Positions 14,669-32,775 of a stretch of DNA of 64,000 nt are shown here, piece by piece. The notes under the pieces were generated by a model. The model made no database searches and was not told where the DNA came from. It saw only the letters and a list, made by a program, of their open reading frames with translations. Numbering within the stretch: position 1 is the first letter of the stretch; every line of letters begins with the position of its first letter. The stretch comes from the human T2T-CHM13v2.0 reference genome, Homo sapiens, in assembly GCF_009914755.1 (NCBI RefSeq), contig NC_060936.1. One strand, 5' to 3'. A program made the translations under genes and the position numbers.

Positions 14669-15892
14669 TAGATTCCAGTTTTTAAATGGCTTCTCAGATG
14701 ACACCAACAGAGTTCTTTCCCTTTAAAATAAGGTGGCAGTGAATGCTAACAGGTATCGATTTCTTGGATCAGGAACAAAGAACTCCTTCAGGAAACTCAC
14801 TTACTGGTCCTGGTTAACCTATTGTGTAAAGTCTTTTTATTGGCACACCTGTTTACTAATTATGATTGATTGCTATTTATGCCAAGGGAGCGTTTCCCAG
14901 GCATATCTCATCTATTTACTAACGACAAAGTGTGCTTACTTTATTTACATAGTGCCACAGGTTTTCTCTTTTCTCTCTTTTTTTTTTTTGGCAGGGAGTG
15001 GCACTATAACTTGTTATTTATCAGGGCGGATCATACATTTGGATCAAAAAGAGGAACCGGCAAGTAGATCCTAAAACACATTTCTCAACCTGAGTCACAT
15101 CTGAAAACATATAGATTTTAATTACATTTTGTTGAAAATTCATTCAACTTCGGTGCTTGTCCAAGAACTTATAATGTTAATTTCTGACATAAATCATAAC
15201 CCTCAGTACATATGTATTTTCAAAGGAAACAAGTCATCTTAAAGTAATATTTTTCTATATGCGAATGGATACATTGTTGTAGCAAATTGAAAATTCTGAG
15301 TAAACTGAAAGTATGCTTAACAACAAAATAAATACAGCATATATGGTTAGCATACACATTTCTTAGTAGCAGAGGATTTGTGTCTTACAACAAATCTGTA
15401 AACCCACTTGCTTTCTTTCTGGTATTTTATATAGTGTCTCCCCATGTTCCACAACGCTGGAGATGTCTTTTGTGGCATCGATCTGTGCAAACATTTCTGA
15501 TCACATATTTTCCCCCAATGACATGTAACTTTTTTTTAACTTTTCCGGGAAAATACGGAAGCTTTATCAACCACTTATTAACTGAACAAAAACTTAGATT
15601 ACTACCAAATGCTCTTTTAATTTTGCTCCAACAGATGTTTTAAAAGTTCAGACATCACTGATGTTTTTGAGGATAGCTGCGTAAAACACACTAGATGATT
15701 TCAAAGGATGAATCTTAGTATCTGACTCATTTGGCACATCCTTAGTATCTAGAATCAAATCAGTAGAAATAAAAGTCATATAATTTTCAAAGAATTCATA
15801 CATACTGGAATTCTTAGGAAAAGCAGCTTCTAAATGCAAGGACTATGAGGTTTGCCCATCTTACTACTAATAGTTCCACACATTTCTCCTTA

Positions 15893-16312
<420 letters not shown>

Positions 16313-16417
16313 CTAGACTGGGTGAGATTTTGCAGTTCCTGAAGGGCCACGCCAAGATGACATCATTTGGGATGAGTTTCCCTTGGTCAATGAAAGCCTT
16401 GGCTAACACGTCAATTT

Positions 16418-16907
<490 letters not shown>

Positions 16908-16951
16908 CTAGCAGGCGGCGACCGCTGACATTTATCTTTGTCTCTTTTCAG

Positions 16952-16995
16952 GTCGATCCAGTGTTTACAAGGGAAGTGAAAGCCAAAGTGAAAAG
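16952..16995 (+). CDS. GLT1D1: GLT1D1 internal coding exon (44 nt; VDPVFTREVKAKVK+AG)
   Basis: Acceptor ctgacatttatctttgtctcttttcag, donor AAG|gtaaga. Ends in phase 2, matching the next exon. Confidence 0.92.
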
Positions 16996-17900
16996 GTAAG
17001 AGTTGGTGGAGACCAGTCATTTTGCAGAACGGGAAGCCTGAGTGGCCCCTGGGTTACCTGAACTCACATTTATCCAGTCCCAGGCACTATTCCAAGCAGT
17101 TTCCAACTGTTTCCTCATGCATCTTCCCGGCGAGCCCGTGGCATCCTAGGCACTATTATTTGCCCAGGGAAAGGCCAATAAAAATCACTTTGTGATTATA
17201 ATTTTTAACGGATCACATTGGCCAGAATGGAAAGATTTAAACTCTCAAGGATTTGGAAGAATGGAGGGGTATTGCCCTTTGTCACAGCCTGCCTGGAGGG
17301 CAATTTGTTGGTGTGTTGGTTATAAGTTGCATTTGTTGGCCAGGAACCCAACAGCACAGGCTTGAACAGATTGAACTTTCATTGCTCACATCAACAGTTC
17401 TGAGGGTGGTCATTCAAGGAGCAAAACGGAGGCTTCCCTGAGACCTCAGGGATTTGGCTCCTGTCTCTGTCCTGACTTCCTCAGCCTGTGGCTCCCATCC
17501 TGAAGGTGACATGGTAGCTATAGAGCTGTGTCATCAGTCTGCATTTTAAGTGGGGTGATGGGAATGAGCAGACCAGAAGGATGTGGGTCTTATTTGGGTC
17601 AGCCCCCTGTAAAGTGGTGTCTTCACAGCCCCCCAGGATTCCAGCCAGACTCATTGGCCACACCAACCACAAAGGGCACTGACAAAGACTGTTTTTTCCC
17701 CATCTATAATCAGGGATCTTTAGATTGCTCCTAGGTGCAGACGCGTGTGTGCAAAAGTATCACCTGCTCGGGGAAGGGAGGCCTGGCAGAGCCATGAGAG
17801 TGGTGGCCAGCGGTGGGGACGGGGAAGATCGAAGAAAGGCGAAGATTTACATTGTCTGGTGAAAAAAATAGAACAAGGCAAAATGTCTATGACAAAATAG

Positions 17901-18613
<713 letters not shown>

Positions 18614-18962
18614 TAAAGAATTATTTGAAAAAAAGTTGAATTATTAGAAAAATGTTCTCTAAATCATGCAGAGAAAATGGCATGAACCTTGTCTCTGACT
18701 CTTCTAGTCCTTGAGAGCAGGTGTCTTTATGGAGCATATTGAAAACAAAAGCAGACATGTTAAGCAACTCCCTCCCTCCCTTGTCAGGGACATGAGCTGT
18801 AAGGATTTCCACCCCAGTATAGTTCTCCTGGCTGAACGCTTGGTCAACAATGCTTACTTGCTGATCTAGAGTATTACACCCAAATTGTCATCTCTCCTCC
18901 TCCCAGCTGCCTACCCATGAGATTCTTGGAATCAGAGCCACTCTTCCTGCTTTGTGTTTCAG

Positions 18963-19083
18963 AGCCGCTGGGGTACGATTGATTGGAGAGATGCCTCAAG
19001 AAGATCTGCACGCGGTGGTGAAGAATTGCTTCGCGGTGGTGAATAGCTCTGTCTCTGAAGGCATGTCAGCTGCAATTTTGGAG
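18963..19083 (+). CDS. GLT1D1: GLT1D1 internal coding exon (121 nt; A+[40 protein letters not shown])
   Basis: Acceptor cttcctgctttgtgtttcag, donor GAG|gtaatt. Completes the Arg codon from the previous exon and encodes the SxSEGM motif. Confidence 0.95.
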
Positions 19084-21041
19084 GTAATTATGTAACTCGA
19101 GTACTGAAAGTGGGAGTGTGAAATTGTCCATCACTCCTTCTCCTATTTACGGAGGTGACGTCTTTGTCAATAACATTCTGCACTTCTCAAAGCTAAAAAG
19201 GCCAAGCAGCATACCTGTTGGAGTTCAAAAGTACTTTTGAAGTTCTATCTGGGAGTTTAAAAATATCATTTCATTTCTCATTGCTATCTCTCCTAGCCAG
19301 CTACGATGTAAAATAAAACTGGGATAGCATTGCCTCTCTGACCTTCTAAATATCTCTGACAGGAAGGCAGCTAAGGTTACAAAAGATTGAGACAGGAAAC
19401 AGATTGAAGGTATTTTTGCAGGAAGCCTCCCTTTACTTGATCTTTTCTCTTTCTTTTCCATATGTTCTGTAATTCCAGAATTTAAGGGAGGGGAAGAAAG
19501 GGCTGGACTTTGCAGGTGGCAGGAGACAGGGGCAGGGTAGTGTTCGTAGATGACGGGGTGGCGTGGGGGCCAGGGTGGATCTGATCTCTTCATCTAGCAG
19601 TCAGCTCTATAAAATCGCTTCATCTTTTTTGACAAAATGTGTCTATCCCAGCACCACTCTGCAATTCCCCACCAGCATATCTGTGTTTTCAGGACCGAGG
19701 CTGGAGTGGGAAGGCCGTGCTCGTGAAACCCAGGCAGGCCCTGGCTGGGCTGTGTCCCCTCTTCTGTAAAAGATCCTGGCAATCCTCGCATTCCGTTTGC
19801 AATGGGACCACCTACATCTCTTCTCCTCCTTGAGAGGTTTTTGACTGGGGTATTTAACCATTATCTTCAGTGCTTGATATTAGGTCCTAGAGAGAATCAC
19901 CAGCATGTGTCTCACAGAAAAAGATGTTCCTTCTCTTGTTTCGTTGTTAGTTCATTGCCCTGGGGGCTCCTGAAGAATGAACCCAGAAAAGGGCAGGCTG
20001 GGCTCACTCACACCAACGCCAGCCTTTAGCACTGGGTTTTCCTCATGCGATTAAAGCACCCAGGACCACAAGCCTGATTCCCTTGGTGGTTCTCAGCACA
20101 CACACTGCACACGACAGACATGGCGTAAACAAGCATTGATGGGCACGTGATAAAGCCTGTTTTCCTGACGAAAGGAAACATGTGGCCACTGCTTCCTGAG
20201 GTCTTTGATCCAGGTTTCATGTGTTCTTTCTGAATACGTAGATTTCTTATGTCAGTGTCTACTTAGGTTCACGCTGTTACTTTATCATAAGTCTTTGGGA
20301 TATCCATGTATCCCCTTGGATACCAGGTGAATGTACTGAACTTACTGACAAAAGATCTGCAAACCTTTGGGGTCCAGAGAGAACATGGTAAATAAACTAG
20401 GAAAAAAATCCTCTCCTTACATTTAAGAAATGACTGACGTTGTATGCATAATATTTGCTCTTAATTTGGCATCATTTATAAAAGAAAAAAAAGACCCCAA
20501 AGAAAAAAACACAGAGGGAGATGGCAGAAGCTGTGTGTCCGTGCCCATGAATCTGCTGTTAGGTGCTTTCAGAGCACAAAGTGTGAGTTTGTAACGTGAT
20601 CATCCTCAGCCAGATGTCAGCACCTCTGCTTAGGGGTTGTCACTAGTATTAATCTCCATTGTCCTTTCAAATTACCTCCCAACTGCAGTCCTCGGGGCAA
20701 TACATTTTATTCGTCATGTAGGCTTTAAAAGTGTATATGCTTATGGTACCAGTATTTGAACTATTGTGAACTGCTCCTTTGTAGGTAAATATACATTTTT
20801 TTTCAACTTCTTAAGGAAAGGTAGAGTGAAATTCGGGAATGATTTTATAACTAGCACACACAGCACTTCACTGCGGATGAATCGCTGTCAAACCTCATTT
20901 ACTTCAAAGCAAAGGCAGCTGTTAGCAACTCCGACTGCCTTAAAATCTTGATGTTGTGTTCCTTTTGAAAACTCCAAAATAATCTTTGGGCGAAGTGTTT
21001 TGAATGAAACTGATTTTAGAGGAGTGGTAAGGGTGCATTTC

Positions 21042-21945
21042 ATTAGAATTCAATTCAGATAGCCACAGTGTTTAATCATGGAATAAGTGCCTATCACTTT
21101 TGAAGGAAGTGACCTTTTGACCTTTCAGAATTAGCTGTATTTTCCCATGGAAGCATAGAAACGTCCCATTTGCAGAAACACGTTTCTTACTGATAAACTC
21201 CAAAAATCAAACTTTAGCTGGATTCGTGGGCAGCGGGGTGAACACTTCTACAACTAATCAGTTGTTTCCACTTTTGAGCTTTTTGACGGAGTTGAATCCT
21301 GCAGAGAATTACATTAAAAGTATATAAACAGTTATTTGCTTATCCCAGCCATCATGATTAGGCTCACACACACACGCACACACACAGGCACACACACACA
21401 CGCTCACACACATGCACCTACAGATGCATGCATGCACACACATGTACACACGCACATGCACACGCACGTACACACACGTGTACGCACACACACACGCTCT
21501 GCCTGAGAGAGAGGAAGCCCATCTTCTAAAGCAGAGACGAGCACCTGCAGGAAGGAGGGGATTCCTGGCCTCTTGGCTTCCAGACTCCAGCCCTAGTGAT
21601 TGAAGTGGGATGTGAAGGCATTCAAAGGCAGCTGCGACTCTGTGTCACTTTGACCTTGACTAGTTTCTGAGTGTGTGTGTGTGTCTGTAAGTGTTTGTAA
21701 GTGTGTGTGTGGATACGGCAGTGCGAGGCCTTTCCCACTTTGAAAAGCGAAGGGCCTTTTGAGTTTTCATCATTAGGAAGATGCTACTGGCATGTATTTG
21801 GGATGGAGCAGCTGCAGGGAGGTGGGGTGCCGGTTCAAGGTGCCAGAATATAGCTAATTCTGAAAGGTCAAAAGATCACTTCCTTCAAAAGTGATAGACA
21901 CTTATTCCATGATTGAACACTTCAGCTATCTGAATTGATTCTAAT
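21042..21945. repeat. Inverted repeat, ~100-bp arms (21042-21141 and 21847-21945)
   Basis: Manual alignment gives 7 mismatches and 1 gap. Confidence 0.93.
21365..21497. repeat. Compound (CA)n/CACG/CATG microsatellite
   Basis: Direct observation. Confidence 0.9.
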
Positions 21946-22454
21946 CAATTCATTGCATCAGAGTTGTACCCAAATGCCATTGGCACCCTCATTGAGAATC
22001 ACCGTAACCCCAATTATGTAAGATCCGAATGTGCTGCGGGCACGTGTAGCCCAACTCCATCGCCACGTGACAAGCAATGCTTGTTTGACTTGACAGACGC
22101 TTAGTAAAAACCATTAAAATGCAAGCCGACCTCTCTGCAAGAAAATCTAGACATGGTGGTTTCCAGCCCCAGGTATGCACCAGAATGACCTTGAAGCTTA
22201 AAAAACCATAAATACAGGTGATGGTGCCCCCCCCTCACAGATCAGCTTCACTTGTTTTGGGGAGGGGCCTGGCTGCTGAGTGTCTTATGACTGTTCTGCA
22301 GGGTAGAACAGAGGCACTGTCTCTGTAAACCTTTATCAGCTCTGCTGAAAATGGCATCCTAGCCACAAAGGCTTTTACAAAGAGTCTCAAATGAAGTTTC
22401 CTTCTGCCTGCTAAGAGCTTGGAGAGCTCATCTGGGGTAAATAAGAAATCAAGT

Positions 22455-23121
<667 letters not shown>

Positions 23122-23914
23122 TCAAGTGAGTTCAAACACAAAGGTGTCAGGTGCATCTTGGATCCTGACATTTCACTTGTCTTAGTCCCAGAGTGGGGTG
23201 CCTGACGCTGGCTCTGAACCGCTTTCCGTCCCAAGCCTGTGAGTCATGCACGGTGCCCTCCTGTGGACTCATGGGGCATGTTCTGAGGTCGAGCACACTC
23301 ACCTCTGTGCACTGTCTGCCCAGGCACCGCCCGTCTCCCTCAGGACCAGCTGCACAACGTCATCATCGTCCAGGAGTTCTTCTCTCCTTAAGACGTTTCC
23401 TTTGTTAAAGGTACATTTTGTTGGTTTTCCGAGAGTTGACTTCGGAACTAGTTTTCTGTAAATGTGAAACCCTCAGATTACACTGAAGTCTCTTCGCCCT
23501 CTGTTCATTTCACGTCGTGAGTGGGTTGTGTTGCATCTTTTCTGCTGAACTGCGGTTTTCCTTGGAGGCAGGGCCGTGCCCGCCATGGTGTGGAATCCTC
23601 CCCTGCGTCTCCCCTTGCGCTGTGGACCATCAAATGGGATGAGTGAGTTCATGCCTTCTGTCATTCAGCAGAAATGTGTAGAGTGCCAGGTCTGCCAGGC
23701 CCTGGAGATGCCGCAGCGGACAGACGCTAAAGGGCCTTGTTATCATGGAAGCCGTGTCCTTGTGAGGGACGGAAAGAAGGACTGGGAGACGGGCAGGAAG
23801 CAGGCAAATGGAAGAGTGAACAGAGAACTTTAGGACGTAGTAAGTGCTGAGGAGGAAGCGCAGCAGCACGACGTGACAGTGGGTGGCGGGGATGTGCTCA
23901 GGGAGGCTCCATGC

Positions 23915-24035
23915 TGTCATGGGCTGAACTGTGGCCCCTCCCCAAATGCCTGTGTTGAAGTCCTCACCCCTGGCGTCTCAGAATGGGAACGTATTTGGAG
24001 ATAGAGGTAATCAAGTTAGAATGAGGTCCCTGGGC
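23915..24035 (+). mobile_element. MLT1 LTR 5' fragment
   Basis: tgtcatgggctgaactgtggcccctcccaaatgcctgtgttgaagtcct. Confidence 0.65.
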
Positions 24036-24080
24036 AGGGGTGTAGGGTGGGGGTGGGCGGGGTGGGGCTGAAAAGGGAAA

Positions 24081-25680
<1,600 letters not shown>

Positions 25681-25731
25681 TAATTTTACTTTACTTTATC
25701 TCGAGATCTGGTCCTAAGGTCACCTGTTTTT

Positions 25732-26050
25732 TTTTGTTTTTGTTTTTGTTTTTGTTTTTTGAGATGGAGTCTCACTCTGTCGCCCAGGCTGGAGTGCAAT
25801 GGCGCGATCTCGGCTCACTGCAAGCTCCACCTCCCAGGTTCGCCATTCTCCTGCCTCAGCCTCCTGAGTAGCTGGGACTACAGGCACCCACCACCACACC
25901 CGGCTAATTTTTTTTTTTTTTTTTTGTATTTTTAGTAGAGATGGTGTTTCACCATGTTAGCCAGGATGGTCTCGATCTCCTGACCTTGTGATCCTCCCGC
26001 CTCAGCCTCCCAAAGTGCTGGGATTACAGGCGTGAGCCACTGTGCCCAGG
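25732..26050 (-). mobile_element. AluY flanked by a 68-bp direct duplication
   Basis: AluY diagnostics; flanks 25664-25731 and 26051-26118. Confidence 0.9.
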
Positions 26051-26289
26051 CTAATATAGCTTTAATATAATTTTAATTTGCTTTATCTCGAGGTCTGGTT
26101 CTAAGGTCACCTGTTTTTCACTTGGGATTTATGGGTGTGGAGTGCGTTCTCAAGACCTGGGACAGGTCACTATGCTCTATAAAACTTACTGAGTCAGGTA
26201 GGAAGCCCATCTGCTACTGTAATCTCATTTGCAGTTATAACAATTCCCAGGGACAGATGTAAATTCTGTAGTATTAAGCCATTTAATCT

Positions 26290-26734
<445 letters not shown>

Positions 26735-27516
26735 CTAGTGGAACCAGGATTCACACCCAGGCAGGTCAGTTTCAGAGCTTCCCTTACAAATGTGATTATC
26801 TGTTTACTTTTAAAAAGTGTAAAATCTGTAGAAGAACTGAAAGAATGGTACAGCAAATACCTGTGTACCCTTCACCCACGTTCATCCTCCTGCTTCCTCT
26901 CCCTCTCCCTCATCTCTCTGTGTACACATACAGTCTCTTTCTCTCTCTTTTCTTTTGCCAAATCATCTGAAAGAAGGTGGTTGAGGTTGATCAAGGCACT
27001 GCTAATATTTCTCTCTGAAACTTTGCAGATAGGTGTCTTCTCCTGCACCTGAGAAGACATGAGCATGCCTGAGAAAGTTCAGTGTTAGTTAAATTACATC
27101 ACTGGATGTGCACTCCATACATAATTCCCTCGGTGTTGTATTTTTTTTTTTTCAGGCAGGATCCACACACCATTCATGCATTGCATTTGGCTTTGTGTCT
27201 CTTTAGTGTCCCCCAACCCAGCTCCCCATAGCTCTTCATGACACTGAACCCTCTGAAAGGTCCTGGTCAGTTGTCCTTGAGAACATACTGATAGATTTGG
27301 CTGACGCATTCCTCAGGGTTGGATTTACATCCTATTTCCAGCTGGGACTCCACGCAGGTGATGTGTACTTCCCACCACGTCAAACAGGAGACGCATCTGG
27401 TCAGCTCTTCTGACTGTTGGTGACAGATGGCTCCATTGTGAGGGCTCACCTGTCCCTCACCTCTCCTCTGTGATTGATAAGTCATCTGTGGAGTGGTGCT
27501 TTGGGATTTGGGGACA

Positions 27517-27777
27517 CAGATGCTCCTCGAGTTATGATGGGACTGCATCCCAATAAACCCATCACAAGTTGAAAATACTGTGAGTTGGCTAACACAGTGA
27601 AACCCCATCTCTACTAAACGTACAAAAAATTAGCCGGGCGTGATGGCGGGCGCCTGTAGTCCCAGGTACTCGGGAGGCTGAGGCAGGAGAATGGCGTGAA
27701 CCCGAGAGGCGGAGCTTACAGTGAGCCGAGATCGCGCCACTGCCCTCCAGCTTGGGTGACAGAGCGAGACTCCATCT

Positions 27778-27811
<34 letters not shown>

Positions 27812-28151
27812 AGAGAAAGAGAGAAAGAAAGAAAGAAAGAAAATACTGTGAGTTAAAAATGCGTTAAATACCCCTAACCTACCAAGTATCATAGCTCAGC
27901 CTAGCTGACCTTAAATATGCTCAAAAGACTTGCATTTGCCTACAGTTGGGCAAAATCATCTAACACGAACCTATTTTATAATAAAGTGTTGAATATCTCA
28001 CGGAAGATATTATTGGATACTGTACTCAAAGTGAAAACCAGAATGGTTATATTGTTGCTGAAATATGGTTTTTACTGAACATGTATTGCTTTTGCAGCAT
28101 CATGAAGTCAAAAAATCCTAAGTCGAATCATTATAAGTCAGAGACCATCTG
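27517..28151 (+). mobile_element. MER47A-like Tc1/mariner-Tigger MITE carrying a 5'-truncated AluY (27587-27838)
   Basis: Terminal cagatgctcctcga... and ...gagaccatctg-TA; Alu TSD gaaaatactgtgagtt. Confidence 0.8.
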
Positions 28152-29188
28152 TATCCTGTTTCCCGATGACCTTTTACTCAATGGATTTGATCGGGATCCA
28201 CTAGGATCGACTGTTCATCCCCGATCCTCACCTGAATCACTTATTACACTGGGGGTTACAAAGTGATGATTTTCTAATTCCGCTCTTCTATCTACACTTA
28301 TTATATGTGCAGACCCTTCTGCAGAGATGAGCTTTCCCTTTTCTTCCTCCTACTTTTCCTCCTCCTCCTCCTCTTTCCTTTCATTTCCCTCTCATGACTA
28401 GGGAATCAGGTATTTTTGAAATTTAGTGTGTTACCATCTGTTACAATCATTATTCTTTTTGAAGTTGCAAAATTGTCCCGCTGTGGTCAGTGGGATCCCC
28501 TTGAAGTTGGCTTCTGTTTCCTTTCAACCTGACATCACTGAACTTAGAACACTGTAGAAAGAGAACCCGCAAAATGCCTCCTTTCCGGGCAGGCGAGGCC
28601 AGGGCTGCACACTGTGCTGTCAGGCCATCTTCTTGTGGCACAGCTGCTAGGTGCTGCCAGGCTGTGGGGCATCAGGCACATATCTCCAGACCTTCGGAAA
28701 TGGAAAGTCGGCTTCGTGAATAATCAGAATGATAAATCATTTTCCTTTTACTTTTGTCTGCATGTCAGAGAGCTGAGTTTGGTTTTTGTGGCATTCATAC
28801 TCCCTTGCCTGTGCTGGAAGGAAATGGCTCCTCAGGGAAAGTGATGATGGTAATTAAAAATGCATGCTCCATGCGGTCGGTCGGTGAAGAGGTGTCAAAT
28901 GAGCATTCAGAGAGAGGGGGTTCTTTGTGACACTGCAATAATTATGTCAGACAAACGATTACAGCGTATAGTGTTTCAGAGCTTCCAAACATACTAAGTA
29001 ATTAAAACTCAGATGTATTTTGAAAACGTGCTGTTGAGATTGGGATATCGTTTTGGAAAGGCGTATTTTTTGTGAGGTGCCAGAGGTCCAGTTAACCCAA
29101 GAAGTTATTCTGCCCCGCCCTGACTCATCTTGCCGCAGAGGCTCTTGAAATGACTGCCTTCCACCCCCTTTTCTCCTGTCTCCTCCAG

Positions 29189-29287
29189 GCAATGGATTTA
29201 GAAGTACCGGTATTGGCCAGGAACATCCCCGGGAATGCTGCCGTGGTGAAGCATGAAGTCACAGGGCTACTGTTTTCCAATCCTCAG
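29189..29287 (+). CDS. GLT1D1: GLT1D1 internal coding exon (99 nt; [33 protein letters not shown])
   Basis: Acceptor ttttctcctgtctcctccag, donor CAG|gtaaag, phase 0/0. Continues the EAM...PV...G.L motif of GT-B glycosyltransferases. Confidence 0.95.
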
Positions 29288-30093
29288 GTAAAGAAAAGTT
29301 CTTTCCCTCCATTCACTCACCTTATCTGAATAGTTTTCCTCTATGTTTAATGGAGAGATTCTTTCTGTTAGCGCTTAGTATTCCTGTCCTACCCGGAGCC
29401 CTGCGGAGAGCATGCTGTCTTCTGTTATCACCTGGGCAGCTGCCTGGGTGTACCACTAGCAGAAGCCTAGGGAACAGGAGCATTGAGTTCCATTCCTGAT
29501 TCTGTTGCCAAGTTGCTCTAAGGGGCTGGGAAAGATAATCACCTCTGAGATATTCGGATTTCTGATTTCTGAAACGTGCACTCTCAGACACAACCTTGTA
29601 TTTATGGAACATCTGCTGGCTTTCAGAGGACGGGCGCCTATGCGATCACTTTTCATTCCTTGAAACAAACGCACAAAGTATGCAGGGTTCTTGTGTAAAT
29701 ACAGAAACACGTGTGAATGTCGGGAAATAGAAGAAAGGGCCATGTACCTGTCCATCGGTCCAGCTGGTTATCCGGTAACTTCTGGGGCACACATGTGTGC
29801 CATCACCTCCCAGGAGCATGGAAAGGTGTTGCCCAGTGTAGGGGGCCACAGACAGTTCTGGGGATTTGCGGTCCAGGGTTTGCCTGCATCCGACGCCCTG
29901 AGTGCCTCCTGCAGAGAGTGACCCTGGCCGAGTCTCCAAGCCCCACTTTCTCTTCTGGATAAGTGGAGCTCATAGTAATACTTGCCTCTTAGAGTTGTGA
30001 CATGCGCTGAATGAGTTGATGGCAGAGCTTAGAGGTGCACATGAAACATGCTCAGAGCTCAGTAAACACGGATATTATCAAAAGGGAAGGTGT

Positions 30094-30431
<338 letters not shown>

Positions 30432-30473
30432 TCACTACGTATGCCTCTTGTTAGGCAGTAGTAAATAAAAATC

Positions 30474-30780
30474 TTTTTTTTTTTTTTTTTTTTTTTTTTA
30501 TGAGACAGGGTCTCACTGTGTAGCCCAGGCTGCAGTGCAGTGGTGTGATCATGGCTTACTACAGCCTTGACCTCCTGGGCTCAAGCGATCCTCCCACCTC
30601 AGCCTCCTAAGTAGCTGGGACTACAGGCATGCACCACCACGCCTGGCTAATTTTGTTTATTTTTTTAGAGACAGGAGCTTGCCTTTTTGCCCAGGCTGGT
30701 CTCGAACTCCTGGCCTCAAGCGATCCATCTGCTTGGTCTCCTGAAGTACTGGGATTACAGGCATGAGCACCACCTTCAGC
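30474..30780 (-). mobile_element. AluJ
   Basis: ctcctgggctcaagcgatcctcccacc diagnostics. Confidence 0.88.
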
Positions 30781-31055
30781 AAAAATTAGCTTCTTAAAAA
30801 AATATTAGGTTTTACGCCTAACCATCTTTATTAAAGCACATATGATATTCCGAAATCCAGAAAGTTATGCTTAAAAACTAAAAACTCAAATACTTGAATA
30901 TTCAGTTTTTAAGATTTCCTACAGCAGATGTTTAATTCAAGTTCAACTTTCCCTTTCTATAGTGTGGTGACGTGTCATGCTTTTCACTGCCTGCTTCTCA
31001 CAGAGTCGTAAACAAATTCCAGCACAAACAAGATGAAAGCCAGCTTCATGAGGCA

Positions 31056-31152
31056 GTGGGCGGGGGCGGGTGGGGAGGTGGCAGCGGGGTGGGGAACGGC
31101 GGGTGGTGGGGGGGCAGCAAGGGAGTGGGGGCTGGCAGGGGGTGGGGGTGGA
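31056..31152 (+). repeat. G-rich tract with G-quadruplex potential
   Basis: More than 10 runs of three or more G with short loops. Confidence 0.75.
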
Positions 31153-32121
31153 GATTGCAAGTCGCAAGGTATCAGCAGGTCATGAATAAATGCACTGACC
31201 ATCCTGGGAAGCGGAGGGAAATAGCAAAGGTGGGACCCAGGAGTTTCTCTGTTATTGTCTACAAAAGGTGTAGGTAGCACTAAAGGCTTCTCTTTTGATA
31301 GTAATACCTAAAAACCTAAATAATATCAGAATAGGAAGAGTTTTCAGTAGTTACTTGTTGATTCTCCAAACAAAGGCTTATTGCTTTTTACCATATTCCA
31401 TGTCTCTCAAAATCAACGCCAGCCAAGCTTCAGGTCAGTGAATATTAATATCCGCTCTGGCAAAGTGTTCTGGGATTTTTTTTTTCCATCTCCCAAAAGG
31501 CAACGTCTATTTACTTTATAGCTCAATTTCAGAGGACCAAAGAAAGCACTCCAACTTTATCAGTGAACGTCTGAATAGCAATTCCTTATAAGTGGATCTA
31601 TTAGGCTGAACAAAAGAATGAGAGCTGTTTGGCTCTTCCAATTTCATACAGCCTCTTGTAAGATACTCCTTTTAATGTCTGCAAATCACTATCGTGCCGC
31701 CGATGTATTCAGGTCATTTCTGCGAGTTACCGGCTTCCTGTGAGCCATCAGACACGACTCTGCGGCACTCACGGAGTCTCGTTGCAGACTTATTTTGATT
31801 CCAGCGCTTTCGTGTTCATTTCACAAAGGATGTTAAAAAAAATAGAACTCTTCTGGTTTTATGTTGGGGGAGGCTGCGATTCTTAACACACGTTGAAAGA
31901 GTGTGCTAGACGTGGATGTCGCACCTGGTTCAGTCTGGTTTGGTTTTCTTTACGGTCTTCTTCCAATTTTACCTAGCATGGGGTAGGAGCTGTTGTTTTA
32001 AACAACAACATGCATTTTAAATAAGTCAGGGACTATGGTTCTATGAATCTTGACTAAGAAACTCAGATGAAAGGAACCACTAGTGGGTTGCCAGTGTTGG
32101 CAAGATTAATTTTAAATATGA

Positions 32122-32420
32122 GGCCGGGCACAGTGGCTCGTGCCTGTAATCCCAGTACTTTGGGAAGCTGAGGTGGGTGGATTGCCAGAGGTTAGGAGTT
32201 CGAGACAAGCCTGGCAAACATGCAAAACCCTGTCTCTACTAAAAATATGAAAATGAGCCAGGTGTGGTGGTGGGTGCATGTAATCCTGGCTACATGGGAG
32301 GGTGAGGCAGGAGAATCACTTGAACCTAGGAGGGGGAGGTTGCAGTGAGCCGAGACTGCACCGAGATTGCACCAGTGCACTCCAGCCTGGGTGACAGAGC
32401 TGGGTATCTAAAAAAAAAAA
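32122..32420 (+). mobile_element. AluS
   Basis: Full dimer. Confidence 0.88.
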
Positions 32421-32775
32421 TTAAATATATATTTCAATATGCGTTAGAACCAGCATTCCATTTTTTAAGAAGGAATGTCCATGTCAGAGCGTCAGCCTTA
32501 GTTATGTACATATATGGAGTATATATTACCATGTATGCTATTCAAATCAATGCTAAATGTGCAGTTAGTAGTTCTGCATTCGCTTTTATTTTCTAATTGA
32601 GAATGTAAAGAAACCCGATATAAAAAGATGAAGTTCAACACGTTAGATTGTATGTTTAATACCCCAGTTACCTATTTTTCAAAACAGAAAACTGATTTTA
32701 CATACAGTAAAGGATGTGGGTGACTGTTAAAGGGCATTCCCTATTCTTTTCATTTTGTGAATCTTTTATAAAACA

